DNA of 64,000 bases from the IMG/VR virus record IMGVR_UViG_3300028394_000066, positions 1-64,000 of that record. The stretch is one strand, 5' to 3'. Shown here one piece after another: positions 27,941 through 37,689 of the stretch. This DNA comes from a virus. The notes beneath the pieces are model-generated. The model did no database searches. It worked only from the letters and a program-made list of their open reading frames with translations, and was not told the DNA's origin. How positions within the stretch are numbered: position 1 is the first letter of the stretch; each line of letters opens with the position of its first letter. The position numbers and the translations under genes are program-made.

Positions 27941-29064
27941 TGGCTGGAAAAAGTGGAACTTTTGCCCTTGACATCACCAGCAGTGGTGGTATAACGGGGC
28001 GTATTTCCTGGGTAGAAACTACCGACTCTGTAGCTAATACTTCTTCTGTTAGAGCGCAATTCCAGGTGTCTAAATCTTCAAGCAATATTTACATTACTAC
28101 ATATGGAACGTTTAACGGGTACATTAGTATTGACGGCTCCAAGGAAACCTGGAGTGGGTACGTAACTATTAAACCAGGAGCAAGCAACCAGACTCTTTTT
28201 ACAAAAACTATAAAGGTCTACCATTCTTCGGATGGGTCTGCGGATAACATTGAATTTAAAGCTGATGGACAAATTCCTGGGACAAGCTACTCGGACTCTC
28301 TAACTACAAAGTCTATTGACTTAACTCAATTTGACAGAGCTCCCAGCCAACCATCAGGAGCTCCTACTTTTACTAGAGTTTCTCCTGGAACTACTATTGG
28401 AATAACATCAGGAACAGCTACTTCCTCGGCAATAATTAGTAGCTATGAATACCAACAAAGTACAACTACAAGTTTTACTGGAGCTACTGCGGTATCTATG
28501 GGCGATAGCTTAACCGCAACTATTACAGTAGCTGATGGAGGCCAAACCTACTACTACCAAACTAGAGCCGTTAGCGCTAACGGAAACGGTGCCTGGTCAT
28601 CCACGGGAACCAGCTTGGGAATCATTGGAAATGTTTCCGCCTATGCTGTTCCTACTCAAGCTTTTTTAACAATTCCATACGTAGGACAAGTGACATTTTC
28701 TACTTCAGGTGTCTTTGCTGTTGCAGCACCATCTGGTTCTCCAGGGGGTACTTCTGGTCTTCCTCCTGGGTTAACTTTGAATACCAGCACAGGGGCAATT
28801 ACGGGAACCCCAACTACAATAGGAAACTACTTTTTCAGAGTTTCTTTAAATGGAACTGCTTACGCCCCCTCAGCTACAACTAACTACAATATTACTGTAA
28901 GTAATGCTGGCCCCAAGGTTGTAACAGGAACTTCTCCTCTAGCTACTACTAGGTCTTCTTTAAAGGTTCGCAATGCTAACACATGGGTAAACGCCTACAT
29001 GCGAATTTATGATTCAACCTATAATAACCCAGATGACGGAAGTCACTGGAGACAGATTACCTAA
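27940..29064 (+). CDS. virion protein with Fn3/Ig-like domains
   Basis: YYYQTRAVSANGNGAWS; GLPPGLTLNTSTGAITGTPT. Confidence 0.75.
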   Translation: MAGKSGTFALDITSSGGITGRISWVETTDSVANTSSVRAQFQVSKSSSNIYITTYGTFNGYISIDGSKETWSGYVTIKPGASNQTLFTKTIKVYHSSDGSADNIEFKADGQIPGTSYSDSLTTKSIDLTQFDRAPSQPSGAPTFTRVSPGTTIGITSGTATSSAIISSYEYQQSTTTSFTGATAVSMGDSLTATITVADGGQTYYYQTRAVSANGNGAWSSTGTSLGIIGNVSAYAVPTQAFLTIPYVGQVTFSTSGVFAVAAPSGSPGGTSGLPPGLTLNTSTGAITGTPTTIGNYFFRVSLNGTAYAPSATTNYNITVSNAGPKVVTGTSPLATTRSSLKVRNANTWVNAYMRIYDSTYNNPDDGSHWRQIT

Positions 29065-29072
29065 GGAGACCC

Positions 29073-29675
29073 ATGAGAGGCACTAAGCTTCAGGGCAGAT
29101 TCAACATGGATTACGAAAGTAAGTCCATGTATGAAGGCATTGCCGAAGACCTCGGTGGGACCGTGGGTGTTGAGGTCGACTGGTTCCGTTGGAGAGAAGA
29201 CTACTTCCAAGCTAACTATACGGACATTGTTGATGACATTTACGATGTTAGCTCCTCTGTTCCTACAAAGGGTAAGCGCTGGATGCTTCCGTTCAAGATG
29301 CCTGTTGTTATGGCCCAGTTTATTCGTGGAACTAACGTCATGAACGAACGTGGTTTCTACGTTGCCGATACTCTGCGTCTGGTTATGAACGTCGGAGATG
29401 TGCAGCGCATGATTCCAGAAGTACTTACAGACCCTAACCAGCAAATTAAAGATAGAATTATGTATCGTGGTCAAGTATTTGTTCCTACACGAGTTTTGCC
29501 TCGCGGTTCATTTGGATACCGTTGGGCCGTAGTAACAATTGACTGCAACCAGGTCAACCCTGAGGAACTGGTCAACGACCCACAGTTCCAGCCCCAAGCT
29601 TCTCCGTCTGTTTCGGAGAATAGAACGTACGGCTACGGAGCTGCTGGCTTCGGAGCAGACCTTTACGGAGAGTAA
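29073..29675 (+). CDS. probable head-closure/neck protein
   Basis: SD AAGGAG; position. Confidence 0.55.
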   Translation: MRGTKLQGRFNMDYESKSMYEGIAEDLGGTVGVEVDWFRWREDYFQANYTDIVDDIYDVSSSVPTKGKRWMLPFKMPVVMAQFIRGTNVMNERGFYVADTLRLVMNVGDVQRMIPEVLTDPNQQIKDRIMYRGQVFVPTRVLPRGSFGYRWAVVTIDCNQVNPEELVNDPQFQPQASPSVSENRTYGYGAAGFGADLYGE

Positions 29676-29677
29676 AA

Positions 29678-29893
29678 ATGCCACTTGTTAAACCAACTAT
29701 TAACGCAATGAGCTGGGGGGCTACCCTCAACACAGCTTTAGACTACCTAGACACAAAGGTAGGCCCTTGGGTTGCAGTTCCTGCTACCGCCACTTCTACG
29801 GGAGTTGCGGGACAAGTGGCGTACGCCTCAGGGTTCTTGTATGTATGTGTTGCCACTAACACCTGGAGACGAACCGCTCTGAGTAGCTGGTAG
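29678..29893 (+). CDS. small virion-type protein
   Basis: WGATLN..LDYLD; PATATSTGVAGQVAY...LYVCVATNTWRR. Confidence 0.7.
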   Translation: MPLVKPTINAMSWGATLNTALDYLDTKVGPWVAVPATATSTGVAGQVAYASGFLYVCVATNTWRRTALSSW

Positions 29894-29895
29894 TT

Positions 29896-30027
29896 ATGCC
29901 TTTTAAATCAAAAGCGCAACAAAAAATGATGTGGGCAACTAATCCCAAGTTAGCCGCTAAATTTCAATCAGAAACACATGGTAAACTACCTGACAAGGTA
30001 AAGAAGAAAAAGGGAAAGAAGAAATAA
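29896..30027 (+). CDS. 43-aa basic protein (MPFKSKAQQKMMWA...)
   Basis: translated by hand; TAATG coupling. Confidence 0.75.
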   Translation: MPFKSKAQQKMMWATNPKLAAKFQSETHGKLPDKVKKKKGKKK

Positions 30028-30314
30028 TGGCAGAGAAGAAGAAAGACCCCAGACTTGCTAGAGCTGGAGTGTCTGGATATAACCAGCCCAAAGCAACCCC
30101 TGGAGCAAAGAAGTCTCATGTGGTGGTTGCCAAAGAAGGCGACCAAATTAAACTGATTCGTTTTGGTCAGCAGGGTGTTAAAGGTTCTCCTAAGAAGGAA
30201 GGCGAGTCCAAAGCTTACGCTGCTCGTCGTAAGGCTTTCCAGGACCGTCACGCTAAGAATATTGCTAGAGGCAAGATGTCTGCTGCTTACTGGGCCAACA
30301 AGGTGAAGTGGTAG
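30027..30314 (+). CDS. small basic protein
   Basis: IRFGQQG...RRKAFQDRH...SAAYWANKVKW. Confidence 0.8.
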   Translation: MAEKKKDPRLARAGVSGYNQPKATPGAKKSHVVVAKEGDQIKLIRFGQQGVKGSPKKEGESKAYAARRKAFQDRHAKNIARGKMSAAYWANKVKW

Positions 30315-30547
30315 TGGCTAAAGTTACAGCTGGAGGATTGAAGCACAAGGTCACTAAAAAGAAAGTTGACCGAGGTGCAGGTGATAAGGGCGACATTATT
30401 GTTCAGCAGACCGCTAAGAATGGTAAAGCTCAAAGAATGAACCTAACTAAACTTGCTGGCTCAAAGACAGTCAAGCAGGGAGTTAAAGAAACACGGGCGT
30501 ACCACAAGAAGCACCCAGAGATTGGTAAAGAAGGTCGCAGGAAATAA
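30308..30547 (+). CDS. small basic protein
   Basis: coupled array member. Confidence 0.7.
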   Translation: MVVAKVTAGGLKHKVTKKKVDRGAGDKGDIIVQQTAKNGKAQRMNLTKLAGSKTVKQGVKETRAYHKKHPEIGKEGRRK

Positions 30548-30750
30548 TGGCTACTAAGAAACCTGCTGCTAAACCCAAGACAAAGTCGCGGGTTAATGAG
30601 GCTGGAAACTACACAAAACCAGCCCTTCGTGAGAGCCTCTTTAAGAAAATTAAAGCAGGAACTAAGGGCGGAGACCCTGGGGAGTGGTCTGCCCGTAAAG
30701 CCCAGCTCCTTGCTTCCGAGTACAAGAAGGCTGGCGGAGGTTACAAGTAA
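30547..30750 (+). CDS. small basic protein (DUF5872-like, N part)
   Basis: NYTKPALR...GEWSARKAQLLASEYKKAGGGY. Confidence 0.75.
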   Translation: MATKKPAAKPKTKSRVNEAGNYTKPALRESLFKKIKAGTKGGDPGEWSARKAQLLASEYKKAGGGYK

Positions 30751-30992
30751 TGCCTAAGGCAGCTCCCCAGAAATCCCTGGACAAGTGGACCAAAGAGAAA
30801 TGGACTACCTCAGACGGTAAGCCGTCTAATGGTAAAAAGCGGTATCTTCCCAAGAAGGCTTGGGCAGACCTTACTCCAGCAGAAAAGAAGGCCACGAACG
30901 CCGCTAAGGCAAAGGGTGATGGCGGTAAGCCAGGAAAACAATTTGTTGCTCAACCTAAAAAGGTTGCTAAGAAGACTGCGAGACACCGATAA
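30750..30992 (+). CDS. small basic protein (DUF5872-like, C part)
   Basis: QKSLDKWTKEKW...RYLPKKAW...GKQFV. Confidence 0.75.
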   Translation: MPKAAPQKSLDKWTKEKWTTSDGKPSNGKKRYLPKKAWADLTPAEKKATNAAKAKGDGGKPGKQFVAQPKKVAKKTARHR

Positions 30993-31255
30993 TGGCTGGA
31001 AAATCACAAAGACCTGTAGTTAAACAAATTCAGAAGAAGTCGGCAGAGGCCGCTAAAAAGCGCCTTACTGACCCACTAAACTCTGGAAAACCAGGGCAGC
31101 AGGCTGGGGCAAAACTTAGAACTTCAGGAGTCAAACTTAACGGAACCTTGGGAACGGATAACACTATCCCAAAGATTCGTAAAAGAATTAACCAATCTTT
31201 AGTTTCTAAAGGAAAAAAGCCTATTGCTACATACAGAGGTAAAAATAATGGCTGA
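30992..31255 (+). CDS. small basic protein
   Basis: TAATG coupling. Confidence 0.7.
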   Translation: MAGKSQRPVVKQIQKKSAEAAKKRLTDPLNSGKPGQQAGAKLRTSGVKLNGTLGTDNTIPKIRKRINQSLVSKGKKPIATYRGKNNG

Positions 31256-31544
31256 TATTAAAATTGGAACTAGAAAGAAATTTGGACCCTACAAGGGTTC
31301 TGCCCAAAATGGTGGGCGAGAAATCTACGTTTGGAAAGTCAAAACCGCCGCTGGGTGGAAGACTGAGACCAAGAACAAGGCTCGTGAAGATTACGAGAAG
31401 AGTTCTGGGAGGAAACTTCCCAAGAGCGTGGATGTAGACCACAAAAATAACAAACACTCTGATGACCGTAAAAGCAACTTGCGCCCCATGAAGCACGGAG
31501 CAAATACGGCTAAGGAGAACAAACGGAGAGCAGGTAAGAAGTAA
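31248..31544 (+). CDS. HNH endonuclease-like protein
   Basis: DVDHKNNKHSDDRKSNLRPM...N. Confidence 0.8.
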   Translation: MADIKIGTRKKFGPYKGSAQNGGREIYVWKVKTAAGWKTETKNKAREDYEKSSGRKLPKSVDVDHKNNKHSDDRKSNLRPMKHGANTAKENKRRAGKK

Positions 31545-31705
31545 TGGTAGTTAAGAAACCCTGTACTTGTGGGACCTGTCCTGCTTGTAAAACAAAAAAG
31601 AATCCCAATATGGAGCGCACTCAAAAGATTAGCGACCGACGCAAGAACTCTATCGGTAAAATGAAGAGTTCGGCTAACCTAGTTAAAAAGGCTGGTAAAA
31701 AATAA
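31544..31705 (+). CDS. 53-aa basic protein with CTCGTCPAC
   Basis: translated by hand; TAATG coupling on both sides. Confidence 0.75.
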   Translation: MVVKKPCTCGTCPACKTKKNPNMERTQKISDRRKNSIGKMKSSANLVKKAGKK

Positions 31706-31746
31706 TGTGTAACGGAAATTGCACCTGTGGTAAGGAAAAGAAATAA
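31705..31746 (+). CDS. 13-aa micropeptide MCNGNCTCGKEKK
   Basis: exact TAATG coupling at both ends. Confidence 0.6.
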   Translation: MCNGNCTCGKEKK

Positions 31747-31919
31747 TGGCTGAAAAGAAAATGACTCCTAAGCAGATGAAGCTTGCTGCTATGTCGGGAG
31801 ATAAAAAGAAGATTACTAGGGGCGACGTTATTACTGCCGCTAAGATGAAGGGTTCTTCTGCTAAGTGTTCCACTGGAAAATGCGGCAAGTGTGCCTCATG
31901 TAATCGAAAGAAGAAATAA
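31746..31919 (+). CDS. 57-aa basic protein with CSTGKCGKCASC
   Basis: translated by hand; TAATG coupling. Confidence 0.75.
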   Translation: MAEKKMTPKQMKLAAMSGDKKKITRGDVITAAKMKGSSAKCSTGKCGKCASCNRKKK

Positions 31920-32176
31920 TGGCAATGTGTAAATGTGGTAAGTGTGGTGCTTGTAAAAAGCGCATGGCAGCAAAGTCTGCTCCCGCAAAGAAGTACATTG
32001 GTTCTGCTGCTGACAAGAAGCAAGATGCCAAAACAACTAAGGGCATGAGCCCAGCTCAAAAAGCTATCTTCGGAAAAGCTGACGCCAAGATGGACAAGAA
32101 CAAGAGCATGACTAAAGCGCAGGATACTAAGAAAGACAACGCGCTCGCTCGACGTATTAAGTCTGGCAAGAAGTAA
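31919..32176 (+). CDS. small basic protein with CKCGKCGAC
   Basis: ORF track; TAATG coupling. Confidence 0.75.
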   Translation: MAMCKCGKCGACKKRMAAKSAPAKKYIGSAADKKQDAKTTKGMSPAQKAIFGKADAKMDKNKSMTKAQDTKKDNALARRIKSGKK

Positions 32177-32235
32177 TCCAACACAAACATTCGGGACCCT
32201 TGCTAGGCAGGAGTCCCTTTGTTATTATGGGGAGT

Positions 32236-32604
32236 ATGTCTGAGACTCAACGACACAAGCTAACAGAAATTGATGCGGAAAACCGACTTGCATTCTGTTT
32301 GAAGTGTGACACTATGGTAAAAATTCGACCTACGTATGCTCCTGAGGGTAGGCAGCAATGGCGCTGTAAAAAGGGCTATAACCATGCTTGGGCCAAGAGT
32401 CAGCGTCCATACACGCTGTATAAAAAAGAAGTATGTGAAGAATGTGGGTTCTTTGCAAAACACCCCTCTCAACTACATGTTGACCATATAGATGGGGATA
32501 GGAAAAACAACAACGAGGAAAACCTTAAAACTCTCTGTGCTAACTGCCATGCGTATAAAACAGCTATGAATGCGGACTGGATTCCCAAGAAGTTTAGCCA
32601 GTGA
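32236..32604 (+). CDS. HNH endonuclease
   Basis: CEECG...LHVDHIDGDRKNNNEENLKTLCANCH. Confidence 0.9.
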   Translation: MSETQRHKLTEIDAENRLAFCLKCDTMVKIRPTYAPEGRQQWRCKKGYNHAWAKSQRPYTLYKKEVCEECGFFAKHPSQLHVDHIDGDRKNNNEENLKTLCANCHAYKTAMNADWIPKKFSQ

Positions 32605-32697
32605 CAAGCCTGATTAATGCCTATTCTTAAAGGGTAGGAACTCATGCGGGTTTCTGCCTACATTTATGTAGCCCTGCGCCTGTAATAAGGATTTGCG

Positions 32698-32904
32698 ATG
32701 TCTTCTCAAGATTTCACGCCCTGGTGGAAGAAAGTTAATAACTATCTTTCATTCGAGGAGCGCCAAGAGTTTTTGAGGGGAGCTAGTGGGTATAAGCCCA
32801 ATCTGCCCCTTGATGTACTAGTTGGTATGCTCAGCTCAGGCTATGTAAATAACAAATTCGAGAAGCCGCAATCCCATACAGGAAAGCAGAATGGCGAAAA
32901 CTAG
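32698..32904 (+). CDS. hypothetical protein
   Basis: SD AAGGA. Confidence 0.65.
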   Translation: MSSQDFTPWWKKVNNYLSFEERQEFLRGASGYKPNLPLDVLVGMLSSGYVNNKFEKPQSHTGKQNGEN

Positions 32905-33235
32905 ACTCTTTTTGACCAACTCGCTTAATAAGGCGATTGATAAGGTCACCGCTCAGATGACTCCTGCAGTCAGACTAGCGGCTATTAACGCGGGTTGGGA
33001 CAGAGCCGCCGCCAACGAAATTATTGTTTTGCATAAACCCAACACCATTAAAGGCACCGCTAAGGTAGATAAGTTTACAGCTTCTCTTGATGAAAACGCC
33101 GCCATTGAAGAGTACGGTACTCAAGAAAATTCTCCCAGAGGAACTGTTCGTAAATTCATGCATAACAACAGGCCTTGGGAAAAAACTGTGGCTAAAGTTT
33201 GGGAGAAAGAAACTTTTAAGGGAGGCCGTAAATGA
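32891..33235 (+). CDS. probable neck/tail completion protein
   Basis: EYGTQENSPR motif; position. Confidence 0.55.
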   Translation: MAKTRLFLTNSLNKAIDKVTAQMTPAVRLAAINAGWDRAAANEIIVLHKPNTIKGTAKVDKFTASLDENAAIEEYGTQENSPRGTVRKFMHNNRPWEKTVAKVWEKETFKGGRK

Positions 33236-33912
33236 CGTTCCTTCTTTCTGAAGACAAAGCTCTAAGAGAAAAACTTCAAGGCCTTGTTGTACACGACCAA
33301 GTTGCCGATGGCTCTTCTAAGCCTCGCCAAGTTGGAGTTTGGTTTGGGCAGCCTGACCAGGAAATTCGCTCACAGTCTTACCCGTATATCACTATTGATA
33401 TGGTTGATATTCAGCGCGATTCTATGAGAGAAATGCGTGGAATTACCGATGCGGAGTACTTAAAGCCCGCAGACTTTAGCACTAGTGGAGCAACCGAGTT
33501 TCTTGTTGACCTTCCTATCCCCGTCAATATTGACTACCAAATTACAACGTATTCTCGCCACCCTCGTCATGACCGACAGATTCTGTCGCAGCTCATGATT
33601 AGTAGGCTCCAAAGATTTGGCTATCTAGAAATCGTAGAGAAAGATGTGACAGTCGACAACGTCGAAACTATCACGTCTACTTTCCGACGTATGGATGTCA
33701 TTAACGTTGCAAAGCGCGACGTAACCGAGCAGGCAAAGCGCCTGTTCGTCAACGCAATCACTGTACGTGTTTCTTCGGAAATGGTACAGACTGCATTCCG
33801 AGCAATCTACAAGGTCCTTGAAGTACACGTCGATATGCCTACAGCTGGGCGAGAGCTCATCTGGGACGGTATTGGCGAGTTTGTACTAGTTCCACCAATC
33901 GTAACCCCCTGA
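33232..33912 (+). CDS. probable tail terminator
   Basis: YPYITI...PIPVNIDYQITTYSR; directly before sheath. Confidence 0.65.
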   Translation: MTFLLSEDKALREKLQGLVVHDQVADGSSKPRQVGVWFGQPDQEIRSQSYPYITIDMVDIQRDSMREMRGITDAEYLKPADFSTSGATEFLVDLPIPVNIDYQITTYSRHPRHDRQILSQLMISRLQRFGYLEIVEKDVTVDNVETITSTFRRMDVINVAKRDVTEQAKRLFVNAITVRVSSEMVQTAFRAIYKVLEVHVDMPTAGRELIWDGIGEFVLVPPIVTP

Positions 33913-33941
33913 AATAATCAACCTCTAGTTAGGAGACACCA

Positions 33942-36206
33942 ATGGCGAATTACAATCGTCCTGGAGTTTATATCAATGAACTCCCTCTGACTGCAGCCCC
34001 CATTACTGGTACAGCTGCAGCCAACGCTGCTGGTGCCGTTCTCGCCGCATTCTCGCAAGGTCCCGACACAGTAACACTTGTTACTTCGTGGTACGACTTT
34101 GTAAAGACATTCGGTGGTTACAGCGCCACATACCCCGCAACATTCTCGGTTGGCTCATTCTTTAAGAATGGTGGAACTGAGCTCTATGTTAAGCGGATTC
34201 TTCCCACTGCCGCTAGGAAAGTCGCAAAAGTCAACATTCTCTCAAGCGCGCAAGCCTTCTCGGAACTAACAATTTCCAAAGGTTCAAAAGTTGGAACTAC
34301 GGCAAAAATTAAGACAACTGCGGTCCACGGCCTTGAGCAAGGGGACACGGTTACTGTCACAGGTTTGACCGCTATCACCCAGAAGTCAATTTTATTGGCT
34401 GCAAAAACTGGAACCACGGCTACCGTTACAACCTCAGCTGTTCACGGCCTTGTGACTGGAGATGTTGTTACAGTTAGCGGACTTACTTCTAGTGGAACTG
34501 ACTGGACAGTTTTTAACGCTGCTTCAGTTACCGTTACAGTTACTGCTACTAACAAGTTTACCTATACTGTTGTTTCTAGCGGAACAATTGCTGAAGCTAC
34601 TCCTACGGGTACAGGCCTCGTTGTTGGTGCTGGAGTTACTGGCGGAATTGACTGGACTGTTTTCAACAAGGCTGGCGCAGTCGTCACTGTAGTAGACTCA
34701 ACTACTGAGTTTTCTTACGAGGTAACTACTCCAGGAACAGTGGCGGAAGCTACTCCCCGCGGTACAGGTAAGGTAAACGGAACTAGTGGAGTTCCCGTTA
34801 TGACTATTGCTGCAAAGAACCGTGGACTTGATGGAAACGGAATTCGTGTTGAGTTCTCGGCTTCACGTGCGGTTCGTCAATCTGGATACTACGACATCAC
34901 GGTTTACCGCGAAGCTGGCGTCCCCGATACTGTTACTAACGGTGTCGTTGTTGCTAACTCTGGTGATGATACTGTTGTTGAACAGTTTAGCGGAGTAGTT
35001 ATTGACGACCCAAACTCTGGTGACTACATCACAACTGTTCTTGATTTCAACTCTAGCTATATCAGGGTTCTTGAAGGAGCCGTAACAGAATACGATTCAA
35101 ATGGCGCTGCTATTAACCCCGTGGTTACCTACACAATAAATGCGGCTGTAGAGCCTCTTTTGAACACCATCTTCCCTCTTTCTGGTGCACCTTCTCCCGA
35201 AACTGCTCTTACGTATCTTGATTACACGGGCAACTCCGTGTATGACCCTTATGACGTAAGCCCTGGAACATTTGATGTAGATGATTGTGAACTTTTCAAA
35301 GAGTTTGAAATCATTGAGCAGCCGCTTGTGTTTTTCCTTCCCGATGTAATTTCCAAAATTGCTGGAACTCCTAATACAGAAGTTCTTGGGTGGGACCAAG
35401 CACAGTACGTGTACAGTGCCCTTATTGAGTGGGTTGAAGCACCTTCCACTGCTGGACGTAACTTTGTTATTGTTGAAACGTCAGGCGGTATTTCAGTCGA
35501 TGCCGCCTTGAATGAGGCGGGCTCGTACCCTGAAAGCAGCCGCGCGGCGGTGTACTACCCTCACGTGTTCATTAAGGACCCGATTGGTCGTTCTGGCGCA
35601 TCAGTTCGTAAAATTGGTCCTTCAGGCGCAGTCGCAGGCCTGTACCTTTACTCCGACCGCCAGAATGGGCCTTTTAAGGCTCCTGCTGGAATTGGAACCA
35701 AGGTTGTAGACGCAATTGCTCTTGAGCGTGCGTTTAGCTCCGCAGACTTAGACAACCTTAACACGGGTGTTGACTCGGGAGGCGATACTGCAGGCAACAA
35801 TGTCATTAACGCTATCCGTAATATTCCTGGTGCAGGAGTAGTCGTTATGGGTGGTCGTACACTGAAACAAGATGGAACGGCAAATCGCTACATCTCAATG
35901 CGCCGTTCGTTGACGCACATTGAAACCCGCCTCAAGGACATTGCTCAGTTTGCAGTGTTTGAGAACAACACAGAAACTCTGTGGGCTCGTTTAATTACTG
36001 TTCTGGGAGTATTCCTTAACGAATACCGTAACCAGGGCGGCCTTCGAGGCACCACGGTTGACGAGTCGTTCTACATCAAGTGTGATGGCGAAAACAACAC
36101 CGCTGCTTCGATTCAAGCTGGGGAGGTCCACATCGAAGTTGGTGTGGCTCTTGAGTACCCTGCTGAGTTCGTTGTAATCAACCTCAGTCAGAAGACTGCA
36201 GAATAA
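33942..36206 (+). CDS. contractile tail sheath protein
   Basis: RPGVYINE; YYP; FKAPAG; INAIR; GGRTL; RYISMRR; VFENN; PAEFVVI. Confidence 0.96.
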   Translation: MANYNRPGVYINELPLTAAPITGTAAANAAGAVLAAFSQGPDTVTLVTSWYDFVKTFGGYSATYPATFSVGSFFKNGGTELYVKRILPTAARKVAKVNILSSAQAFSELTISKGSKVGTTAKIKTTAVHGLEQGDTVTVTGLTAITQKSILLAAKTGTTATVTTSAVHGLVTGDVVTVSGLTSSGTDWTVFNAASVTVTVTATNKFTYTVVSSGTIAEATPTGTGLVVGAGVTGGIDWTVFNKAGAVVTVVDSTTEFSYEVTTPGTVAEATPRGTGKVNGTSGVPVMTIAAKNRGLDGNGIRVEFSASRAVRQSGYYDITVYREAGVPDTVTNGVVVANSGDDTVVEQFSGVVIDDPNSGDYITTVLDFNSSYIRVLEGAVTEYDSNGAAINPVVTYTINAAVEPLLNTIFPLSGAPSPETALTYLDYTGNSVYDPYDVSPGTFDVDDCELFKEFEIIEQPLVFFLPDVISKIAGTPNTEVLGWDQAQYVYSALIEWVEAPSTAGRNFVIVETSGGISVDAALNEAGSYPESSRAAVYYPHVFIKDPIGRSGASVRKIGPSGAVAGLYLYSDRQNGPFKAPAGIGTKVVDAIALERAFSSADLDNLNTGVDSGGDTAGNNVINAIRNIPGAGVVVMGGRTLKQDGTANRYISMRRSLTHIETRLKDIAQFAVFENNTETLWARLITVLGVFLNEYRNQGGLRGTTVDESFYIKCDGENNTAASIQAGEVHIEVGVALEYPAEFVVINLSQKTAE

Positions 36207-36223
36207 CCGAAGGAGAATAGTAA

Positions 36224-36853
36224 ATGGCTGGCCCAACTATTATCAATAACCGTTCGTCTCTTGAGACGGACCCGATTCGTAACTTTAGATTTTTGGTTAC
36301 GTTTAAGCCCCTTACAGGCGGACAGCCTGGCGGAGGCAACTGGTTGAAGAACACAAAGGTCACAATTGGATTCACCTCGGTTTCGGGTCTGTCGGTTAAC
36401 ACTGACAGCATCCCCTACCGTGAAGGTGGTTACAACACGACCGTGCACCAGATTCCTGGTCAAACGACGTTCTCTCCAATCACCCTTCAGCGAGGTGTCG
36501 TTCTCGGCACCCCGCAGCACTGGGACTGGATGCGGAAGCTCTTTGCAACGGTTCAGAACGGGAGTACTTCCACTACTGGAGAAAACTTCCGCGCTGACGT
36601 TGAGATTGAGGTCCTCACTCATCCCATTGCTGGTTCGGGTGGAAGCGCAGAGTTGACCGTCGGTAACTACAAAGACCACGTTTCTGCTCGCTTCCAGGTC
36701 TACAATGCATGGCCGACTTCGGTTGCGTACTCAGACCTTAACGCCGCGGACAACGCACTTCTCGTAGAGCAGCTTACGCTGGTTCACGAAGGGTTTGATA
36801 TGAAGTGGGGAACTGACCTCAGTAGTACTGGTTCTGCAGGTAAGTTCCAGTAA
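36224..36853 (+). CDS. tail tube protein (T4 gp19-like)
   Basis: DPIRNFRF, GFTSVSGL, YREGG, ITLQRGV, NAWP, LVHEG. Confidence 0.95.
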   Translation: MAGPTIINNRSSLETDPIRNFRFLVTFKPLTGGQPGGGNWLKNTKVTIGFTSVSGLSVNTDSIPYREGGYNTTVHQIPGQTTFSPITLQRGVVLGTPQHWDWMRKLFATVQNGSTSTTGENFRADVEIEVLTHPIAGSGGSAELTVGNYKDHVSARFQVYNAWPTSVAYSDLNAADNALLVEQLTLVHEGFDMKWGTDLSSTGSAGKFQ

Positions 36854-36876
36854 TAAACAAACTATAGGAGAATAAA

Positions 36877-37689
36877 ATGGATAGCGTAAAGAGTGCTACT
36901 GCTAACGAAGTCAACAATAATCTTATTGAAGAGGCGTTGGGTAGCTCTGAAGTACAAGAAGATACAAAGTTTAAGGTCAAGGCTCCTTCGGATACTTTGG
37001 TGACTCTCCCCGCTGGGTTTATTAACTCAGACGGGGAGGTCATCAATACCGCGGAAGTTCGTGAGCTTAACGGGTATGACGAGGAAGCCATCTCTAAGAC
37101 GGGAACACCTGGTAAAGCCCTCACAACCATCATTAATCGTGCAACTGTAAGTATTGGCGAGCTAGATGCGACTGAAGATATTTTGGACAGACTGCTCTCG
37201 GGTGACCGCGACATGCTTCTTCTGGGAATCTTTAAAGCAACTTTTGGTAACGTTGCAGAGATTCCTGGCTTTTGCGGTACTTGTAATGACTTTAAAACTG
37301 CTGAGGTAGACCTCAACAAAGATGTAAAAGTAAAGGCGCTCCTTGACCCTGTTGAAGACCGAACCTTTACTGTTAATGGTAAGACTAGAGACTACCTTGT
37401 TACACTGCCTAATGGTAGAGCGCAACGAGAAATCTCTTCTGGCGAAGATAAAACGGGACCCGAACTAACAACTATTTTGCTAAATAATACGGTCTTGGAA
37501 ATTGGGGGACAGCCTGTGCTTGGAAAAACTCAACTGCAGGGGCTTTCTGTGCCTGACAGGCGAGCTATCTCAGAGGCTATTTCCGACCGTCTCCCTGGAC
37601 CGCAGTTTGACGATATGGTGCTTGACTGCCCAGATTGTAATGGAGAGGTTGTGGTTCCGTTTAGTCTCGGAGCTTTGTTTCGATTCTAG
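36877..37689 (+). CDS. tail/baseplate assembly chaperone with Zn motifs
   Basis: VRELNGYDEE, GDRDMLLL, CGTC, CPDC; between tube and tape measure. Confidence 0.75.
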   Translation: MDSVKSATANEVNNNLIEEALGSSEVQEDTKFKVKAPSDTLVTLPAGFINSDGEVINTAEVRELNGYDEEAISKTGTPGKALTTIINRATVSIGELDATEDILDRLLSGDRDMLLLGIFKATFGNVAEIPGFCGTCNDFKTAEVDLNKDVKVKALLDPVEDRTFTVNGKTRDYLVTLPNGRAQREISSGEDKTGPELTTILLNNTVLEIGGQPVLGKTQLQGLSVPDRRAISEAISDRLPGPQFDDMVLDCPDCNGEVVVPFSLGALFRF

